From Macrostomum lignano (lineage: Eukaryota), in contig NIVC01000819.1 in assembly GCA_002269645.1 (NCBI GenBank), positions 62,001-126,000 of the forward strand: a stretch of 64,000 nucleotides of DNA, read 5' to 3'. Below are positions 57,001 to 64,000 of the stretch, piece by piece. Under the pieces are notes generated by a model. The model saw only the letters and a program-made list of their open reading frames with translations. It did no database searches and was not told the origin of the DNA. Every line of letters begins with the position of its first letter. The first letter of the stretch is position 1. The position numbers were made by a program, and so were the translations under genes.

Positions 57001-60000
57001 TGTAAAAAATCGTAGAAGCGTCATATAAAAATTATAGAAGCGTCATGTAAAAAATCGTAGAAGCGTCATAATAACAATCATAGAAGCGTCATGTAAACAA
57101 TCATAGAAGCGTCATGTAAAAAAATCATAAAAGCGTCATGTAAACAATCATAGAAGCGTCATGTAAACAATCATAGAAGCGTCATGTAACAATCATAGAA
57201 GCGTCATGTAAACAATCGTAGAAGTGTCATGTAAAAACCCATAGAAGCGTCATATAAATAATCATAGAAGCGTCATGTAAACAATCATAGAAGCGTCATG
57301 TTAACAATCATAGAAGCGTCATGTAAACAATCATAGAAGCGTCATGTAAACAATCATAGAAGCGTCATATAAAAATCATAGAAGCGTCATGTAAACAATC
57401 ATAGAAGCGTCATGTAAACAATCATAGAAGCGTCATGTAAACAATCATAGAAGCGTCATGTAAACAATCATAGAAGCGTCATGTAAACAATCATAGAAGC
57501 GTCATGTAAAAAATCATAGAAATGCCATGTAAAAAATCATAGAAGCGTCATGTAAAAAATCATAGAAGCGTCATGTAGAAAAACGTAGAAGCGTCACATA
57601 AAAATCATAGAAGCGTCATGTAAAAAATCGTAGAAGCGTCATAATAACAATCATAGAAGCGTCATGTAAACAATCATAGAAGCGTCATGTAAAAAAATCA
57701 TAAAAGCGTCATGTAAAAAATCATAGAAGCGTCATGTAAACAATCATAGAAGCGTCATATAAAAATCATAGAAGCGTCATGTAAACAATCATAGAAGCGT
57801 CATATTAAAATCATAAAAGCGTCATGTAAAGATCATAGAAGCGTCATGTAAACAATCATAGAAGCGTCATGTAAAAAATCATAGAAGCGTCATATAAAAA
57901 TCATAGAAGCGTCATGTAAACAATCATAGAAGCGTCATGTAAAGATCATAGAAGCGTCATGTAAACAATCATAGAAGCGTCATATAAAAATCATAGAAGC
58001 GTCATGTAAAAAATCATAGAAGCGTCATGTAAAAAATCAGATAAGCGTCATGTAAACAATCATAGAAGCGTCATGTAAATAATCATAGAAGCGTCATGTA
58101 AAAAATCATAGAAGCGTCATGTAAAAAATCATAGAAGCGTCATGTAAAAACCCATAGAAGCGTCATGTAAACAATCATAGAAGCGTCATGTAAACAATCA
58201 TAGAAGCGTCATGTAAACAATCATAGAAGCGTCATGTAAATAATCATAGAAGCGTCATGTAAACAATCATAGAAGCGTCATGTAAACAATCATAGAAGCG
58301 TCATGTAAACAATCATAGAAGCGTCATGTAAACAATCATAGAAGCGTCATGTAAAAAATCATAGAAATGCCATGTAAACAATCGTAGAAGTGTCATGTAA
58401 AAACTCATACAAGCGTCATGTAAACAATCATAGAAGCGTCATGTAAACAATCATAGAAGCGTCATGTAAACAATCATAGAAGCGTCATGTAAACAATCAT
58501 AGAAGCGTCATGTAAATAATCATAGAAGCGTCATGTAAACAATCATAGAAGCGTCATGTAAACAATCATAGAAGCGTCATGTAAACAATCATAGAAGCGT
58601 CATGTAAACAATCATAGAAGCGTCATGTAAACAATCATAGAAGCGTCATGTAAACAATCATAGAAGCGTCATGTAAACAATCATAGAAGCGTCATGTAAA
58701 CAATCATAGAAGCGTCATGTAAAAATCATAGAAGCGTCATGTAAACAATCATAGAAGCGTCATGTAAACAATCATAGAAGCGTCATGTAAACAATCATAG
58801 AAGCGTCATGTAAAAAATCATAGAAGCGTCATGTAAAAAATCATAGAAGCGTCATGTAAAAAATCATAGAAGCGTCATGTAAAAAATCGTAGAAGCGTCA
58901 TATAAAAATCATAGAAGCGTCATGTAAAAAATCGTAGAAGCGTCATAATAACAATCATAGAAGCGTCATGTAAAAAATCATAGAAGCGTCATGTAAAAAA
59001 TCGTAGAAGCGTCATATAAAAATCATAGAAGCGTCATGTAAAAAATCGTAGAAGCGTCATATAAAAATCATAGAAGCGTCATGTAAACAATCATAGAAGC
59101 GTCATGTAAAAAAATCATAAAAGCGTCATGTAAACAATCATAGAAGCGTCATATAAAAATCATAGAAGCGTCATGTAAACAATCATTGAAGCGTCGTGTA
59201 AACAATCATAGAAGCGTCATGTAAACAATCATAGAAGCGTCATGTAAACAATCATAGAAGCGTCATGTAAACAATCATAGAAGCGTCATGTAAATAATCA
59301 TAGAAGCGTCATGTAAACAATCATAGAAGCGTCATGTAAACAATCATAGAAGCGTCATGTAAACAATCATAGAAGCGTCATGTAAACAATCATAGAAGCG
59401 TCATGTAAAAATCATAGAAGCGTCATGTAAACAATCATAGAAGCGTCATGTAAACAATCATAGAAGCGTCATGTAAACAATCATAGAAGCGTCATGTAAA
59501 AAATCATAGAAGCCATGTAAAAATCATAGAAGCGTCATGTAAAAAATCATAGAAGCGTCATGTAAAAAATCGTAGAAGCGTCATATAAAAATCATAGAAG
59601 CGTCATGTAAAAAATCGTAGAAGCGTCATAAAACAATCATAGAAGCGTCATGTAAACAATCATAGAAGCGTCATGTAAAAAATCGTAGAAGCGTCATATA
59701 AAAATCATAGAAGCGTCATGTAAAAAATATAGAAGCGTCATAATAACAATCATAGAAGCGTCATGTAAAAAATCATAGAAGCGTCATGTAAAAAATCGTA
59801 GAAGCGTCATATAAAAATCATAGAAGCGTCATGTAAAAAATCGTAGAAGCGTCATAATAACAATCATAGAAGCGTCATGTAAACAATCATAGAAGCGTCA
59901 TGTAAAAAAATCATAAAGCGTCATGTAAACAATCATAGAAGCGTCATGTAAACAATCATAGAAGCGTCATGTAACAATCATAGAAGCGTCATGTAAACAA

Positions 60001-63000
60001 TCGTAGAAGTGTCATGTAAAAACCCATAGAAGCGTCATGTAAATAATCATAGAAGCGTCATGTAAACAATCATAGAAGCGTCATGTTAACAATCATAGAA
60101 GCGTCATGTAAACAATCATAGAAGCGTCATGTAAACAATCATAGAAGCGTCATATAAAAATCATAGAAGCGTCATGTAAACAATCATAGAAGCGTCATGT
60201 AAACAATCATAGAAGCGTCATGTAAACAATCATAGAAGCGTCATGTAAACAATCATAGAAGCGTCATGTAAACAATCATAGAAGCGTCATGTAAAAATCA
60301 TAGAAGCCATGTAAAAATCATAGAAGCGTCATGTAAAAAATCATAGAAGCGTCATGTAAAAAACGTAGAAGCGTCATAAAAATCATAGAAGCGTCATGTA
60401 AAAAATCGTAGAAGCGTCATAAAACAATCATAGAAGCGTCATGTAAACAATCATAGAAGCGTCATGTAAAAAATCATAAAGCGTCATGTAAAAAATCATA
60501 GAAGCGTCATGTAAACAATCATAGAAGCGTCATGTAAAAATCATAGAAGCGTCATGTAAACAATCATAGAAGCGTCATATAAAAATCATAAAAGCGTCAT
60601 GTAAAGATCATAGAAGCGTCATGTAAACAATCATAGAAGCGTCATGTAAAAAATCATAGAAGCGTCATATAAAAATCATAGAAGCGTCATGTAAACAATC
60701 ATAGAAGCGTCATGTAAAATCATAGAAGCGTCATGTAAACAATCATAGAAGCGTCATATAAAAATCATAGAAGCGTCATGTAAAAAATCATAGAAGCGTC
60801 ATGTAAAAAATCAGATAAGCGTCATGTAAACAATCATAGAAGCGTCATGTAAACAATCATAGAAGCGTCATGTAAAAAATCATAGAAGCGTCATGTAAAA
60901 AATCATAGAAGCGTCATATAAAAATCATAGAAGCGTCATGTAAACAATCATAGAAGCGTCATGTAAACAATCATAGAAGCGTCATGTAAACAATCATAGA
61001 AGCGTCATGTAAAAATCATAGAAGCGTCATGTAAACAATCATAGAAGCGTCATGTAAACAATCATAGAAGCGTCATGTAAAAATCATAGAAGCGTCATGT
61101 AAACAATCATAGAAGCGTCATGTAAAAATCATAGAAGCGTCATGTAAACAATCATAGAAGCGTCATGTAAAAATCATAGAAGCGTCATGTAAAAATCATA
61201 GAAGCGTCATGTAAACAATCATAGAAGCGTCATGTAAACAATCATAGAAGCGTCATGTAAACAATCATAGAAGCGTCATGTAAACAATCATAGAAGCGTC
61301 ATGTAAAAATCATAGAAGCGTCATGTAAACAATCATAGAAGCGTCATGTAAACAATCATAGAAGCGTCATGTAAACAATCATAGAAGCGTCATGTAAACA
61401 ATCATAGAAGCGTCATGTAAAAAATCATAGAAGCGTCATGTAAAAATCATAGAAGCGTCATGTAAAAATCATAGAAGCGTCATGTAAAAATCATAGAAGC
61501 GTCATATAAAAATCATAGAAGCGTCATGTAAAAAATCATAGAAGCGTCATAAACAATCATAGAAGCGTCATGTAAACAATCATAGAAGCGTCATGTAAAA
61601 ATCATAGAAGCGTCATGTAAAAATCATAGAAGCGTCATGTAAACAATCATAGAAGCGTCATGTAAACAATCATAGAAGCGTCATGTAAAAATCATAGAAG
61701 CGTCATGTAAACAATCATAGAAGCGTCATATAAAAATCATAGAAGCGTCATGTAAAAATCATAGAAGCGTCATGTAAACAATCATAGAAGCGTCATGTAA
61801 ACAATCATAGAAGCGTCATGTAAAAATCATAGAAGCGTCATGTAAACAATCATAGAAGCGTCATGTAAACAATCATAGAAGCGTCATGTAAACAATCATA
61901 GAAGCGTCATGTAAAAAATCATAGAAGCCATGTAAAAAATCATAGAAGCGTCATGTAAAAAATCATAGAAGCGTCATGTAAAAAATCATAGAAGCGTCAT
62001 ATAAAATCATAGAAGCGTCATGTAAAAAATCATAGAAGCGTCATAAAACAATCATAGAAGCGTCATGTAAACAATCATAGAAGCGTCATGTAAAAAATCG
62101 TAGAAGCGTCATATAAAAATCATAGAAGCGTCATGTAAAAAATAGAAGCGTCATAAAACAATCATAGAAGCGTCATGTAAAAATCATAGAAGCGTCATGT
62201 AAAAAATCGTAGAAGCGTCATATAAAAATCATAGAAGCGTCATGTAAAAAATCATAGAAGCGTCATAAAACAATCATAGAAGCGTCATGTAAACAATCAT
62301 AGAAGCGTCATGTAAAAAATCATAGAAGCGTCATGTAAACAATCATAGAAGCGTCATGTAAACAATCATAGAAGCGTCATGTAAACAATCATAGAAGCGT
62401 CATGTAAACAATCATAGAAGCGTCATGTAAAAATCATAGAAGCGTCATGTAAAATCATAGAAGCGTCATGTAAACAATCATAGAAGCGTCATGTAAAAAT
62501 CATAGAAGCGTCATATAAAAATCATAGAAGCGTCATGTAAACAATCATAGAAGCGTCATGTAAACAATCATAGAAGCGTCATGTAAACAATCATAGAAGC
62601 GTCATGTAAACAATCATAGAAGCGTCATGTAAACAATCATAGAAGCGTCATGTAAAAATCATAGAAGCGTCATGTAAACAATCATAGAAGCGTCATGTAA
62701 AAAATCATAGAAGCGTCATGTAAAAATCATAGAAGCGTCATGTAAAAATCATAGAAGCGTCATGTAAAAAATAGAAGCGTCATATAAAAATCATAGAAGC
62801 GTCATGTAAAAAATCATAGAAGCGTCATGTAAAGATCATAGAAGCGTCATGTAAACAATCATAGAAGCGTCATGTAAAAAATCATAGAAGCGTCATGTAA
62901 AAAATCATAGAAGCGTCATGTAAACAATCATAGAAGCGTCATATAAAAATCATAGAAGCGTCATGTAAACAATCATAGAAGCGTCATGTAAAAATCATAA

Positions 63001-64000
63001 AGCGTCATGTAAAATCATAGAAGCGTCATGTAAACAATCATAGAAGCGTCATGTAAAAAATCATAGAAGCGTCATATAAAAATCATAGAAGCGTCATGTA
63101 AACAATCATAGAAGCGTCATGTAAAGATCATAGAAGCGTCATGTAAACAATCATAGAAGCGTCATGTAAACAATCATAGAAGCGTCATGTAAAAAATCAT
63201 AGAAATCATGTAAACAATCATAGAAGCGTCATGTAAAAACATAGAAGCGTCATGTAAACAATCATAGAAGCGTCATGTAAACAATCATAGAAGCGTCATG
63301 TAAAAATCATAGAAGCGTCATGTAAAAATCATAGAAGCGTCATGTAAACAATCATAGAAGCGTCATGTAAACAATCATAGAAGCGTCATGTAAACAATCA
63401 TAGAAGCGTCATGTAAAAATCATAGAAGCGTCATGTAAAAATCATAGAAGCGTCATGTAAAAATCATAGAAGCGTCATGTAAAAAATCAGAAGCGTCATG
63501 TAAAAATCATAGAAGCGTCATGTAAAAATCGTAGAAGCGTCATAAAAATCATAGAAGCGTCATGTAAAAAATCATAGAAGCGTCATGTAAAAAATCATAG
63601 AAGCGTCATGTAAAAATCATAGAAGCGTCATGTAAAAAATCATAGAAGCGTCATGTAAACAATCATAGAAGCGTCATGTAAAAAATCATAGAAGCGTCAT
63701 GTAAAAAATCATAGAAGCGTCATGTAAAAATCGTAGAAGCGTCATATAAAAATCATAGAAGCGTCATGTAAAAATCATAGAAGCGTCATGTAAAAAATCA
63801 TAGAAGCGTCATGTAAAAATCATAGAAGCGTCATGTAAAAAATCGTAGAAGCGTCATATAAAATCATAGAAGCGTCATGTAAAAAATCGTAGAAGCGTCA
63901 TAATAACAATCATAGAAGCGTCATGTAAAAAATCATAGAAGCGTCATGTAAAAAATCGTAGAAGCGTCATATAAAATCATAGAAGCGTCATGTAAAAATC
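54097..64000. repeat. 23-bp satellite array (AATCATAGAAGCGTCATGTAAAC)n, about 430 units, running off the right edge
   Basis: Continuous tandem units with no spacers. Confidence 0.98.

Noticed and set aside
54097-64000. CRISPR-like array
   Set aside because: The units are contiguous with no unique spacers, there are no cas genes, and the context is eukaryotic.

Overview
Eukaryotic (invertebrate animal-like) genomic DNA with short GT-AG introns, GC-rich exons, tRNA-derived SINEs and satellites. The style is reminiscent of a flatworm such as Macrostomum, but the host cannot be established from this window. The window is dominated by two related Polinton/Maverick (adintovirus-like) elements in opposite orientations. 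Copy A (1-9890) runs off the left edge. Copy B (22865-41867, 19.0 kb) is complete, with ~484-bp terminal inverted repeats (TIRs) starting AGTAGA, a 6-bp target-site duplication (TSD) CTCTAA, and the full virion gene set: protein-primed PolB, retroviral-type integrase, packaging ATPase, adenain-like protease, major and minor capsid proteins, a parvovirus-type PLA2 protein and several accessory ORFs. The left arm of copy B is unusual. It holds a nested, intron-containing Crypton-type tyrosine-recombinase element bounded by CAATG direct repeats, a divergent 5'-truncated second minor-capsid gene in inverted orientation, a SINE, and a putative DNA-binding ORF followed by a 90-bp palindromic repeat array. 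Copy A has a distantly related spliced ORF with a different array at the equivalent position, in flipped orientation. Host genes include a WSC+PAN secreted protein, a SUMO-like-domain protein, a MAP3K19-like kinase, an ankyrin-repeat exon and a GRASP55/65 exon. The last ~9.9 kb is a 23-bp satellite. Many Polinton ORF breaks are single-base losses, mostly in homopolymers, and may be long-read assembly errors. All alignments, counts and family assignments were made by eye, without database searches.
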